Positions 42,491 to 56,406 of a stretch of DNA of 64,000 nucleotides are shown piece after piece. The stretch spans positions 47,802,001 to 47,866,000 of the forward strand of contig OZ024750.1 in NCBI GenBank assembly GCA_964016885.1, given 5' to 3'. This DNA is from Eledone cirrhosa (Eukaryota). The first letter of the stretch is position 1; each line of letters opens with the position of its first letter. The notes beneath the pieces are model-generated. The model saw nothing but the letters and a program-made list of their open reading frames with translations, was not told the origin of the DNA and ran no database searches. Position numbers and translations under genes: made by a program.

Positions 42491-45390
42491 GGAAGCAGAA
42501 AATTGCTTATTGTGATCCAATTCGTGGTTAAGAAAGCCAGTTTCATTGACGGTTTCAACGTACGGTTATGGGTAACTCCACAAGTTTGTAAGAATTCCGT
42601 TCAATCTTGGAGTATAACGTATAAAAGAGAAAACACAGGTAAGTATTTAGAGAAGGATTTTATCCAGATATTTACGACCGTTTCATTGATAAGTGCAACC
42701 TATATTGCTATACTGCAAATAGCAGCCACTCAATTATAATTGTTGTTCACGTCCAAATTTTCAAAATAGTGAGTAAGTTACTCTTGAAATAGTTCTTAAT
42801 ATATAGAGAAAAACAATGTTTTGGAATTGTATGTACTAGTATAGAGAGAGAGCTAGAGGAATTAGAAAGTGAGGGGACAAACGGAATAGTATAGAGAGAG
42901 AGAGGAAGGAGCAGAAGAGTTAGGATGCAGAGCGACAAACTGAGATGGAGGGAGCGGTAGAGGTGGAAGGATTCCTTGATCAGTTTTGATACGCAGACAT
43001 CATGTCGTCGATTGTAGTGAGTTAAAGTGAATTATATTGATCATAGTGGGAGGGAGAAATAAAGATATATATATATATATAAAATAAAGACAACAATAAT
43101 AATGATAAAAATAAAAATAAAGAAGGGGGAAGAAAGAAGAAAAGAAAATATAGCCAGAAAGGGGAGAGAAGAAAGGAATAAAACGAAGAAATAGTAGAAG
43201 AATGAAGGATAAGGGAAGGGCATAGGTATTGTTTTGTGTGGGTAATTAAAGGGGTTAGATACAATAAGAGGTTATAAAGTCTAAGTATATGCAATTTGTC
43301 AGGTGGTAGTAAGAGGTTAAGGGTTCGATTTGCACTTGTAGTGCGAACACTTTTCTTTGAGTCTATGGTTACAATAAATTGATCTTTCGATTTTATTGTT
43401 GAGTAACTTATTGTTCGAACTCAAAATGTGGAACAGTCCAAGGTCACATAATCGACAGCTTCTCATACCACTCAGATATGGGGGCGCGTTCGATAATTGT
43501 TTCCACTTCAGGGTGTATTGATGGTTACTTTCCTTCAGTTGCCAGATCTTGTTTGCAAGGGTAGTTACATACCGAGGCTGGGAATGTTTCATTGCGTAAC
43601 GGTGTGTATACCAATGGGCTTTCAATATATTCCCAGTCGCTCCAATGTATTACCATTTCTGGTTGTCTGATTCCACTGTGCATTGGTAAACCAGGTTAGA
43701 CTGCATGCATTCATTATGTAATGGACAGGTTTCAGGTAGGTGGTAGTTACAATTCTTGACATGGGAAACTTTGGCATTATTTGTGGGCTGCGATGCCTGT
43801 ACAAGTGTGTTACGTTTTGTTTGCCTATTAGTGGGAGGTTGTGTATTAGATGTCCTGTTGTGTTCAATGGTGATTGTATTGTTATTGTTATAAATTTGTG
43901 TTCTGGTGTTGTTAGGTATATTTTTAGCGTTAAGCATCTTAATGTGTGCCTCTATATTTGGTGCTGTGGAGTAAGATAATCTAATATATTTAGTGTTAAG
44001 GATTTTGCTGTATCTATGTGAATCTGGAAAGTGCTTATTTATTATTCTAAAGAAGGTATAGGGTAGGTTAGTACTAATAGAGCTGTTAAATATGGGGTTA
44101 TACGAAATACATTTTCTACTGCGTGACTTGTTTGATTTCTATGTTGTAATACTTTTTACCGTATAATCTGTTCTTCTATGCGTAAATGCGGTGTGTGCGT
44201 GTGTTTCTGGAGTTTGTGTTATGCGTGTTCGTGTGCGCATTGCGGAGGCTTTCATCTATATATTCTACTCTATATAAGTGGCCTGGCTTGTCTAATGCGG
44301 TATTGTAGTATTCTGCATGTTCCTCGAAGATTTGTCGGTTAGACGAGAGGCGATATGCTGCGTGGAATGGATTTACTTATGGTTAGTGGGTGGTGTGAGT
44401 TACAGTTGATGTATGCTAAGTTTTCATTAATCTTGTGAAAAGGTCTTATAAGTCCCGTATTTCGGTTAAGCGTCGCGTCTAGAAAGTTAACTGTTTTAGT
44501 GCTATACTCATACGTTATGCTAAGGCCTAGTCTCCCGAGAGTCTTTATAATATTCTTACGGAGTCTTTCTATGCTCTGGTTACTTAGGTTATTAACTAGG
44601 AGAAGGTCGTCGTTTCTGTAGATTCCACCGTGAAGGTCGCTAAACTCACTCTGTAAACTATGGGCTATGTAAATACCTACTAAATCTGTGACTTGAGCCG
44701 ATTCGTTAGCTGCCATCGTGATGTCAGAGTTATTTAATCTATTCTTACGTTCCCAATAGGCGTTTTCAAATTTAATTATTGTTTTCCTAGTAGCTAATAT
44801 GATTTTTATCTCGTCATGTGTAGGTCAGAATTGGCTTTGGCGAATGCTAAGGCTTTATCCAAGGTGTTGGGGGATATAGAGGAGTAATAGTCGTTAATAT
44901 CAAATTATATAAATTTAGATACTTTGTTGTTAGTTATATTGTTAAACCACTTAATTGTTTCGGTAGCGTTACCCCATAGTTTAATCACTAGTTTATTCTT
45001 CATTTGTGCTATCACTCTGTCCAATATATGTTTACTAATTTTCCCGATGTCCGATTTGGACGGGCATATAATTCTAAATTTGGGGTTATAATCAAAATTT
45101 ACCTTGTGGACCTTGAGATTAAATGTGGGGGTACATGGCCTAAGTGGCTCCGTTATGTCGTCTACTCCTAGGTGTTTGTCTATATTGTGTGCCTCGTCGT
45201 TGATGTTTATCAGTGCCGCCTCATTAGTTTTTTTTGTATTTCCTATGTAATTCTTTCCGTATGAAGCTATTGTATGTATTAACATCCATCGTATACACAT
45301 ATGAGGTTTTGTCCGCTTTGACATTAATTCCATTCGTAGTTCGCATTTTTTTTAGGAATGTATTTATGTCATTCTGGAGTTTATTATATG
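42485..45390 (-). mobile_element. Degenerate Penelope-like element (RT + C-terminal GIY-YIG, 3'UTR, pLTR)
   Basis: RT motifs KVHK..PKFRIICPSKS, FDINDYYSSI, ITMAANESAQVTDLVG, IYRNDD, VNFLDATL; Cys linker CN..PETCPL..C; LVYQC..YIG; C-terminal CRLC..LLN..CNH; frameshifts and stops. Confidence 0.93.
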
Positions 45391-45494
45391 TATATATATC
45401 CCACTCTCAAGCCTGAAACTAATAATGACATGTATACTGCATTATCGTGGCCACGTGTTTTTATTAAATTGTTTTTTGTTTGTTTCCTACTTAC

Positions 45495-45532
<38 letters not shown>

Positions 45533-45891
45533 GTTTATTGGCAATACCATTGTTACAATCGCTTTCCTCTAGCCATAGGGCTTGAGACATGAACCGAATG
45601 CTACCATTCTATTTTATATCAATGTGAACTGCTATTTCTAATAGCCATCTTTTCACCACTTGATAATTTGTGTGTGAGACACGTTGGCTGAGGTCTTCTC
45701 ACAGGAACTAATAGATTGATTCTTTTTAGCTTCCCGTCCCCATGTTAAATTTGTAAATCAGTGGGTATTTGACAGATAGAGTACTATATGGTGCCAGTTA
45801 ATAGCTTTACCTTGTTGGTTGTCCCAAATATTCATGACCGGCACGAGCCGGTGTTTGGATTATGTCGATCGATTGGTTATTAATAAGGCGA

Positions 45892-46004
45892 TCCACGCTG
45901 ATGAAGCCGCATAAGCTGATTGTGCATTGTTGCATAACATATGCAGACATATGGTGCAGTACACATTACTGCTGCATTAGTGTTGCAGAAACTCGAGTCC
46001 GGGA
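45892..46004 (+). ncRNA. Type I hammerhead motif with ~80-nt stem II
   Basis: tccacg-CTGATGA-[..tgcattgt tgcat..atgca..atggtgca..]-GAAA-ctcgag-TC-cggga; palindromic ACTCGAGT stem III; lies in a TA-bounded segment 45530-46150. Confidence 0.62.
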
Positions 46005-46749
46005 ACCTTATAGTCACCCGTTTTACGTGTGTTGTTTTGAGGCAAATAACTATGTGTATACTCTGGTAATGTATCTTACATTGCCCATTGAGTGCGCTGA
46101 GATACAACCGGTACTGGCATTGATAAATATGCTGGGTCCGTCAACCCTTATTATATATATACATATATATATATGTGTGTGTGTGTGAGAGTGTGTGTGT
46201 GTGTATGTGTGTGTGTGTATGTGTGCGTGTGTGCGTGCGTGTGTGTGTGTGCGTATGTGTGTATGTGTGTTTCTGCGTGTGTGTGAGTGTGAGTGTGTGT
46301 GTGTAGGTGTGTGTGTGTCGGATCGTGTCAGTATCCGAACCGGTGAATTAACGTCAGAAGTCCGACTGCCCTAATTCGGGGATGGAGAGCCGTTTCAATA
46401 ACACGAGATCCGGGGACAATCCCCGAAACATAACTGGACTCTCATTTTCTATTTTCTAATAAAACTTTATGAAATCATCTGGATCGTGCATCGCATTCAG
46501 ATGACGTAACTGGGCCATACAAATATGAGGAGTATTTACACGGAATTCAAATTATCAGATGTTCTGTCCAGCCTTCTGTTGTTTTTAATGAATATTTCAT
46601 TCCATTCCTTAATCAACCACTGGATACCAAATCAATGATGCAGATCTCCAAAACGCCGACGTTTCAATTTGGTGTATCATAATTTCCTGAGGAGAATTGC
46701 CAGTTCCATACAGTGCTGGACAGCGTAACATAAAATGTATATACACAAG

Positions 46750-46830
<81 letters not shown>

Positions 46831-47224
46831 ATATACACGGGTGTGTATGATTGTGTATAGAAGATTATATTAATAAAAGGAATACCAACTTTTTCTTATT
46901 TACTCGTTTTATTTACATTCCTTTAACATTTATAATGGTATTAGAATTAAATAGTATGGTAGAATATTAAATGTTAAGTGTTAATTGAACAAGTACTTTC
47001 ATGCTTTCACAATCTTCAGGTTCATAATGTGTGGCGACAGTTAAGTTTATTTAAATTATGTATTATCTTACAACGTTTTTTTTTCATTTATTTCCGTGAG
47101 ACAGTGTTTCTCAGTATTACGTATTCCAGATAGATTCATTCTTTAAGAAAACATGTTTGCAGGTATAAGAATTCCTCACCATTTATATTCAGACCATTAC
47201 CTACTTACATATATTTCGAAAGTA

Positions 47225-47439
47225 ATACGGAGGAGGTTGAGGTAAGCTGGACATACTACCCGAAATTGAGAGTTGACATGTACTCATTGGTCTAGCAGGC
47301 GCCACTAAGCGGGCATACTAGGAGAGGAAGCCCGCGGATGACATATATCGACGCCCTAAGGACAGAAACAAATCTCTTGGAGACGCCGGACGCGGCGGCG
47401 ATGATGAGTGACATAGACCGATGGAGATCCATGGATCTG

Positions 47440-47445
<6 letters not shown>
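47225..47445 (+). mobile_element. RTE-type LINE 3' terminal fragment
   Basis: RRRLR*AGH..RGSPRMTYIDALRTETNL..MMSDIDRWR; related to 42263-42422. Confidence 0.75.
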
Positions 47446-47489
<44 letters not shown>

Positions 47490-48730
47490 GGAGGAAGTTA
47501 TAGTTCCTTTGAAGCCTTGTGTAATGAGGTATAAAGTTTCAATTTGTAAAGGCAAAACAATGCAAAGATAGTGTTGACAATTAGTCTATTTCCTGAGAAT
47601 TATTTAAATCTCCTTAATTTTCGAGATAATATCTCTTCTTCGGATGGAAGTAAAGTGGTTAAACCAGTGTTCTAAATAGCTTGCCAAGTCATACTGACAG
47701 GAAATGGTATAGAGTATCTGTTCTATCTCTAATGTCAAAGAGTTAAGGTTAGGTGGATAAAGAGTAGTCTCCCTTTAAAAGGTTTTCTTTTTTGGTACAT
47801 GTCTGCTTAAGTGTGTGGGAGAATGCGTTAATGTGTAAGTATGTGTGTGTGTGTAAATGTGAGAAGATATGTATATACATAAATGTGGGGGATAGATGTT
47901 CTTTCGTGTTAGAACTGGTCTTGGTGTGTGTATGTGTGTGTGTGAGAGAGAATAAGTGGAGGTGTAAGTGTGTGTGGGGACGGTGCAAGTATGGGGCTAG
48001 ATGCTATAAGTTATACATTGGGTGTTGAGTTCTAGTCTCCTATTGATTGGTGGTTGTGTTTTGTATATAATTAGTGCTTCCTTAATTCTAAGATTGCCGA
48101 GGTTTCTTTCCTTAGTTTCTATCATAACTGTTATGGTTTTGTCGGTGTTTTTGCATTTCACTAGGTGTTTCTTAAATGAGAAAGCGTTAGTATTGAGGTG
48201 TTCTTTTATTCTTATGTGGAGTGGTCTGGTGGTGCTACCTACGTAGAAGTTGCTGCATTTGTCGCACTCAAGTATGTATACGACGTAAGACTGGTGGCAT
48301 AGGTCTGTGTCGTTGATGGGGCAGTTGGCTAGCCTGCAGTTGTTGTCATGTCTGGTGGAGTGTCTTTTGGTTAGCTGTCCGCGTAGAGAAGGTCCTGAGT
48401 GGGCCATTTGGATATCTCGTCCCTCTCGTCTGATATCTTTGCGGATGGCTGTTGTTTCATCACTGAAGTGTGGGAGCTTCAGGAAGCAAGTGTTAGTGCC
48501 TCGGGTGTGGTGTCCTCTGTTCTTTCTGGCACGGTTTGTGGTGGTGGTCGTGTATCCGTTCAGCTTGAGTACTACCAGGAAATGTGTGGTGTGTGTGTCT
48601 CGGTCTCTAGCGTCGGTGCATTTGTTCCTCATACGTATTAGTTCGTCCCTTATGTATCCGAACTTAGCGCCGGCTGGGAGGGCCGAACTGAAATGTACGA
48701 ACAGGTCCCTATTGGCGGCTTCTTTATAGC
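47490..48730 (-). mobile_element. Penelope-like element 3' fragment; open RT-thumb/linker/GIY-YIG frame 47997-48730
   Basis: YKEAANRDLFVHFSSALP..; CRLANCPI...C..YVVYILECDKCSNFYVGSTTRPLHIRIKEH..LRIKEAL..PPINR. Confidence 0.9.
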
Positions 48731-49085
48731 GGACAGCTAAACAAAAGACACTCCACCAGCTATGACAACCGCTACAGGACATCAATGCACATCAATGTCA
48801 GTGTTGAACAAATGAGCAACGATGGTTGCTAGACACTGTACGGCTTAATTCGGGATGTTTGATTACAAACACACTGAGCATTATAATAAATGTTCGGTGA
48901 ATCCATACGTGCATATATATATGCATGTATATATATATGCATGTATATATATATATATGCATGTATATATATATATACACATACTACTGTACGTCTGTAT
49001 ACATATATGTATGTACGTATACATACTTATATTTAAGTAACAGTCGAACTAAGAGTGAGAAATGAAATTTCGTTTCATTTTTTCC

Positions 49086-49149
<64 letters not shown>

Positions 49150-49634
49150 GTTTGAATCTATATTTTATATATATATATATATACTCATGCTGTAGAACAA
49201 AAAATTAAAACGACATTTTGAAAAACTGCTTCAATATCAGAATAGATCCAAAACAATGCAACAGAGATCTTATCACAGAATCTCTGGAATTCCAGTCAGA
49301 TATTGTTATATACAATTACCAAAGTTTGCGTACAGATGCATACATTACGAATAATACCCAATTCCAAAGAAGTAAATTTCCAACTGTTATAAACTTTTGT
49401 GGTAAAATAAACAGCCAAAGCCAACCGAATTTTAGTTAGTAAGTTGTATTGATGCAATGAAAAGCTTAACATCTTCCTGAATGCCAATAAGAATATAAGA
49501 ATTTGGGGATACGAAATGTGTTCCCGTATATATGTGTGTGTGCACATGTTAACAACAAAATTACAGTCGAGAAATATTATTTGAATAAATATTTCTTTCA
49601 CAAATATATTATTTCAAAACCCACGCTTGCTTTC

Positions 49635-49665
<31 letters not shown>

Positions 49666-49673
<8 letters not shown>

Positions 49674-50057
49674 ATAAATGGAAAACTATATTTATAAAAC
49701 CATATTTATTTCATTATATATATTTCGGGGATATATATATATATTATTGAGGGATATATTAGAGGTTTACGCTAGCAGTGACTGCTAGCGTAAACCTCTT
49801 CAAATGAAGTTGATGTTTATTACGGTATGTCGAATATATTTATGTATAAAACTGTTTATATTGTATTTTGTCTGATGAAGGCATAGCATATTGTTAATAT
49901 GATATCCCCGAAATATATATAATGAAATAAATATGGTTTTATAAATATAGTTTTCCATTTATTTAATATTGTAAATATACTCCAAATATTTGTCGAGTGC
50001 TTTTATATCAGTTATAAATATTTACTAGTTGTAACCCAACAATTTTAAATATAACTT

Positions 50058-50061
<4 letters not shown>
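49666..50061 (+). mobile_element. Fold-back pLTR remnant with intact HHR (49864-49929) and a perfect 19-bp hairpin (49761-49799)
   Basis: tattttgt-CTGATGA-a gg c ata g catatt gtt aatatg a tat c cc c-GAAA-tatata-TA-atgaaata; 49666-49735 is the reverse complement of ~49902-49970. Confidence 0.88.
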
Positions 50062-50113
<52 letters not shown>

Positions 50114-50224
50114 CATACATATATGTAACGTTAGGAAAAGCACTCCATGTAATGCAACTCATCCACCTTCGTTTATGTTGTATCTTAGAGGTTGTGTGAG
50201 AACGGAGATACTTATTGTTTCCCT

Positions 50225-50257
<33 letters not shown>

Positions 50258-50749
50258 CAAAGAAACGTTCGCTCTACATGGCTGAATACAATAGATGTAA
50301 TCTGAGTTTTTCGAATATCAATGATATTCGATTCGTTTGCAATTATGCAAACAAGCCTCAATATTATAAATCCCATTTGGCAAAGCCCGCCATTTATTGC
50401 TCGTATACAGGATACTGACTGGCCAGTCTGCTGATATGCAAATCTGGCTGATCTGTGGATCTGCTAATATGCAGATCTGACTGAACAGCCAGTCTACAAA
50501 TATGCAAACCAGGTCAATCATCCATTCTGTATTTTTGAAAATAGCATATATTTTCACGAGTTCTGACAGTTTGGCAGGTGATTAGTGAGCTGTACAGAAT
50601 CATTAGTGTCGGCAAATCTGTTCGCATGGCAACACAAGAATACGAATGACGGGTTCATTCTCCTGACATGGCTATGGAATTGAGGCTTGTTTTCATAATT
50701 GCAAGCGAATCGAATGTTATTATTAATATTCCAAAAACTCAGATTACAT

Positions 50750-50752
<3 letters not shown>
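50258..50752 (+). mobile_element. Second copy of the 1891-2706 mini-element, with inverted 5' arm
   Basis: Internal region colinear with 2305-2704; 50295-50362 is the reverse complement of ~50680-50750. Confidence 0.8.
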
Positions 50753-50795
<43 letters not shown>

Positions 50796-50847
50796 TACAC
50801 TTTTATTTATACTGCCTCTCAGTTTTTGTTCCCGCCAAAGTTTTCAC

Positions 50848-50878
<31 letters not shown>

Positions 50879-50911
50879 GTATACATATATGTATATATAT
50901 ATGTATATACA

Positions 50912-50975
<64 letters not shown>

Positions 50976-50976
<1 letters not shown>

Positions 50977-52200
50977 TTCGTTTCTGAATTTGTTTAGCAA
51001 GATTCTTTATCTGAAATCGTGTGTTGAAACCGATATTGTTATAGTTTGGGAGGGTCATGTTGCCAATAAGAAACACACGCACCAGTTGCTTTCACTTCAA
51101 TTTATTATATATTTATAAATTTATAAATTTACAAATCTACAAACTTATAAATTTCTGGTTGGTTGGTTGGTTCCACAACCAGATAATTGTTTATATATAG
51201 TCATAGTCCTTTCGTCACACACTCTGTGACCTCTTCAGTGACTGGGGATTCCTTTCTGCGTTTCTGTGCCTTTCCTTTCTTCTATCCTACGCCATTTTGT
51301 TTCTGTGTGTGTGTTGTGTACTCAGTTTGCGCATGCGCCACATCCGGGTGTCTGTGTGTGTTTGTGTTCATTTATCTATTTGTTTATTTATTTATTTATT
51401 GTTGGTTGGTTGTTTGTTCTATGTTTGTGTGTGTTTTCATTTTGTCCTTAATTGTAAGTTGTGATGTTGCTGTTCCACTCATATTTTCTATTTAATTTTG
51501 GTTTTAATTCTTTTATGCTTACTGCCTCTGTAATTTGCCTAAACATTGCGTCTTTTCTCTGTGTGGATTCTATTTTTTTTTTTATTTCTATGCTCTCTAA
51601 TCTACCCCTGTGTTCTATCTTAGCATGTTGGTAGAGCACAGATGATTCTTTATTATCTTGGAGGTCTCGCCAGTCTTCATTTATTCGTTCCCCTATACTA
51701 CGAGCTGTCTCACCTATGTACACTATATTTTTGTTTCTACATTGTCCTTCAGTACATCTTATGCTATACACTACATTTCTAGTTTTACAGTTAATATGGG
51801 GGCTTATTTTACAGGATATACATTTCTTATCTATACATGAGGGTCTTGCTAATAAATAATAGATAAATGAACACAAACACACACATACACCCGGATGTGG
51901 CGCATGCGCAAACTGAGCACACAACACACACACACAGAAACAAAATGGCGTAGGATAGAAGAAAGGAAAGGCACAGAAACGAAGAAAAGGAATCCCCAGT
52001 CACTGAAGAGGTCACAGAGTGTGTGACGAAAGGACTATGACTATATATAAACAACTATCTTGTTGTGGAACCAACCAACCAACCAGAAATTTATAAGTTT
52101 GTAGATTTGTAAATATACAAATTTATAAATATATAATAAATTGAAGTGAAAGCATCTGGTGCGTGTGTTTCTTATTGCCAACATGACCCTCCCAAAGTAT

Positions 52201-52207
<7 letters not shown>
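50976..52207 (-). mobile_element. 5'-truncated Penelope-like element with inverted pLTRs; HHRs at 51199-51243 (-) and 51998-52042 (+)
   Basis: ORF 51448-51850 CIDKKCISC..CKTRNVVYSIRC..C..VYIGETARSIGERINE..QITEA..PKLN; ~51032-51385 inverted at ~51857-52207; agtca-CTGAAGA-g gtcaca gagtg tgtgac-GAAA-ggac-TA-tgact. Confidence 0.93.
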
Positions 52208-52256
<49 letters not shown>

Positions 52257-54676
52257 GAATGTAGGTGCTTTATAATGTTATTTAGTCTTCACCTATGAGG
52301 CTGGCACATTTCAAATACAAGAACATGTTTATGAAGAAACATTTTTTTCCATTTCTTCCGTTTCGTTTCTGTCGTTTTCTTGCACATTTCAAGGCTGTTA
52401 TTTGAAATAAGTCTGAAATTGTGTCACCGTCATTCCTAATATTTCCACAAATATTACAGATTTGTGCACATTTAAACCTAACATTTTGTATCTATTCTTA
52501 CAAATCACCTCTTATTTATATTGGCCATTGCTTCTCGCGTTTTCCCTACTGATGCACTCTCTTTGTCCTATAACGATATTTTGTCTACACATGGGTCATA
52601 TTTTCGGGTGGAAGAGCTAAGCGGATTACTCCTACTACAATACTTTACTGCTATTTGAATTTTTTGATCCCCGAATTACGAAAGGTACAGTTGATTTAGT
52701 GGGACTTAAATTGTAACGCATTTCATCCGAAGATCTAAGGGATTAGCAGATCCACCCTCCTTTTCTGTCCAGTTAATTCTCAACATTCTACTTTTTCCGT
52801 AATGTTTTATATCCCATACTTTCTTCCCAGCTTCCTTTCGAAGCCTGTAGAATCTTTATTCTTTAAATATCATCATGTATAAGTGATTCGTTTTGTCCTC
52901 ACTGAAATTTCATTTCTTGGGCCTTCCATCACCATATTTAACATGACAGACACTGCGTATGTTTTACAAATATTGATAAAAAAAAAATATAAATGTGAGT
53001 AATATAACTAACATTCTCATTAAGCTGGTGTTTCGAATATTACTCAACAAACATTCTTACCAAATGTTTTTGAAAATTTAGGGTTCTGTATTCTTCGGGA
53101 AAATAGAAAGAAATAGTATTGTATTGTATCACTACGACATATACAGGTGGTTATGTTCGAAACGGGTTAATCCTGGCTTGTCTTTCAACTCCGAACACGT
53201 ATCGCTCTTCCATTTACATTCAACATCTTTTCCGACCTTTTATTTGATACCTTTATATTTTTTTCATGTGTTACTTCCTGTATATTATATCCGTAATTTC
53301 TTGGTTTAGCATATTTTCATATCTTTCCTCACACTTCTATTCCCTTCTGTCTTTTATCTATCAAATATATTTATTTCATGTTTTTTTCTCTTTTCATTTT
53401 TCATATTTATTTTCCGCATTTGTTTTCAGTTCAATGCAACATTTTTACTTTTATTTTGCACTATAGTAGCTATTGAATGTTCATCTCTCCCTCAGAATAT
53501 CCTGCACATTATATTCGATATATCTCTTGTCGAACGTCTCCACTTGAATAATTTGAGAAGATCTCGTGTTGCAAAAGAAGAACGGCAAAGAACGTCATAT
53601 GGTCCGGCAAAGATGATATATCATATGAAAATAAAATGAAATAAAATAAAATAAGAGATTTAATGAATAGTCTTCCTGTCTATATACTCAAGAAAGCCAT
53701 TTACTACTCACATGAATGTCTTTACAGAATTCAACTCTCATTTTTCAATCTCTTCTTCTATAATACTCGAATACGCTTCTACTATGCTATTTCCATCTAC
53801 CGCTTTTCAAACAGTAAAACTGTGTTGGAGAAGAGATAACATTTTATTCGCGCTTCCAGCTAAAATAATTTTGTACTAAGATTTTTGTTTCTTTCAGAAA
53901 TCGATAATCACAGAAAGATAGAAACATTAAAACTCTTAGCAAAAAAGTACTATTTTAGCATACTTTTATCTTTTTATATTATTACATTCTTTGAAATTAA
54001 AACAAAAGAAAAACATCATCCTCATTGTAGTTATGTCAATATTTCCAAATGTTTAATATACAATGATTATTTAACGTTAATATATTAGTTGCTATTTTAT
54101 TTAAGTGCTTTCTAAATGTATTATCGATATAACATTTTAAGGTAATCTTAAATCGGAAATGTAAAACAGGGCCAGTAACTTATTATCAGTCGAAGTTTCT
54201 ATGAATCAATTCGCAAAATTGTGTCACAGGTAGAGGCAGTATGATGAGAATTATATATGTAGCACAATTTAGCTATAAATGTAAATGGATGCACGTAGGC
54301 AATATAACAATTTGCATATATTGTATGTGTATCACTGTCAGAGGTTTAACGACTCGTTATTTGGTCCGGTCTTGAGATTTCTGAGTTAACAAACCTACAG
54401 GAGTTACGACCGGCAGATAAGTATCAGTAATAGAAACTGCTTAGTTTCCCAGGGTAAATGTAACCTATATATATATGACAATAGAAGAATGCCAAACGCA
54501 GTGCGTTATATAACTTCCCAGGTTCAAAGATACATATCTGAGGTTTTAACTATTATATAGATTTCTAGCAACCAGAGATGACCCAGTTTAGTTTAAACCT
54601 TAGTCCACATCTCGTTGTGTTATATGTATGGCTGGTGCCGTCGATAGGTTTTCTTTATGTCACACTTTATAACTCA

Positions 54677-54748
<72 letters not shown>

Positions 54749-55874
54749 GTAATAATAATAAATTTGAAGACTAAAATCCAAAGAGGGCTCGATAAGGATA
54801 AATATATATCAAATATATAAGAACAATAGAGCAAATATTTATTAAAATAACAGATTAAAGTTTAAGCAAAGAATCGCTGCTTTCACCCTTAACGAGATCT
54901 TCTGAAACTAACAAAGTCAATCTGTAAAAGCAGTAGTGGATATTTCAAAAAACTTTGCTACCGGAGGAAGACAGGAAGACGATACTTGGGTTCGTGGAAA
55001 CGTTCCCTGACAAAGAACGGGAAAAAATGAATATAATACGTCATTAATGGGAGAGGTGAAAAACAATTACACGCAAAGACCGAACCACGTTTATGGCATA
55101 AAAGAAGTCGTAGACTAATGTTCTCTTAGATGGTTCATAAAGACGTTCTCTGGCAATGAACGGTAAAAACGATGCTAATACGTCATATGTGGAGCGTGGA
55201 GAACAATTGCACGCAAAGACAAAACCACGTAAATGGTATAGCTGAAGTCGTAGACTAAAATTCTAACTAGGAAATCGAATGAATCTCCGCTTCAGAGTTA
55301 AGAATAAAGTAAATAACATACAATACAGAGGTAATAGAAATTAAATAAATACATACACGCATGCAAGTACGTACATACACAAGCATACGCGAAAACACTT
55401 GCCATAGGTATACAAAACCACGCAGGTATAAATATATGTGTGTGTGTTTGCGTGTATTCAAATAAATAAATAATTAAATAAACGTATATAAATAAATAAA
55501 TACGTATATAACAAGCGCACACACATACCTACATATAAATACACAAATGTTCCGAGATAATGTCAACCAAAACATGAAGTACACATACACACACACCCTA
55601 CATACGTACGAACCTGCATACTCACACAGACGCAAAACTCCCGTATACACATAACCAAACTATATGTACCAGAATATATAAAATTATACGCCATATCATA
55701 TACAATGAAATATACGTACGAGAAAGTATAAGTATCTTCACAAAACATACAGGTAATATATACTTACCTATGCAAATAAATAATGGCATAAACATAACAT
55801 ATACTTAGCACCACATCAAGACGTAAAATATCCACGTATAGATCGTACTATCCGTTAGGGTATAATGTGGGGCA

Positions 55875-55938
<64 letters not shown>

Positions 55939-56406
55939 AGGATAACAAGGAAAATTGGTTACTCCTTCATTACATTTAATGGTATGTGACGCGCGTTTCA
56001 CCACTGATCAACTAAAGGTTCGATCTGTATCGATACTACCCGACTCAATGATCTGCAGCTCGAGGTACCCTTTAAAATGTTATAATTTACACCCGCTGGA
56101 TATATATATATGTATATGTGTATTATTTTTTTTCTCACGAATCAGTTGTTTCGTAGCTACGGACCCCGGCCAATTTACCGGTCGCTGTCTTCATTTTGCA
56201 AAGACCTTTAAATATTATTATATATATATATATATATACGGGATAACAAACTATTGTTATAGGTAGGCCACTTAGATGTAGTCCAGTTAGGGTACTCCGA
56301 GTAGAGGATGAAATCAACGCTTGGCTAAGTTTGACTCAACAAGGCGTTTCCATAGCGATGCTGCGAGTACGCGGTGATTTCTATGTTGTTTACACTTGTA
56401 GTAATG

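Noticed and set aside
42670-42800. Hammerhead in the pLTR of the 42485/13486 family (minus GAAA-cggtcg-TA)
   Set aside because: Only the 3' half is present; no CTGANGA found upstream in either copy
55000-55270. ~140-bp degenerate tandem duplication as a coding or regulatory repeat
   Set aside because: Only two diverged units, no ORF or motif; probably internal to an unclassified repeat starting near 54745
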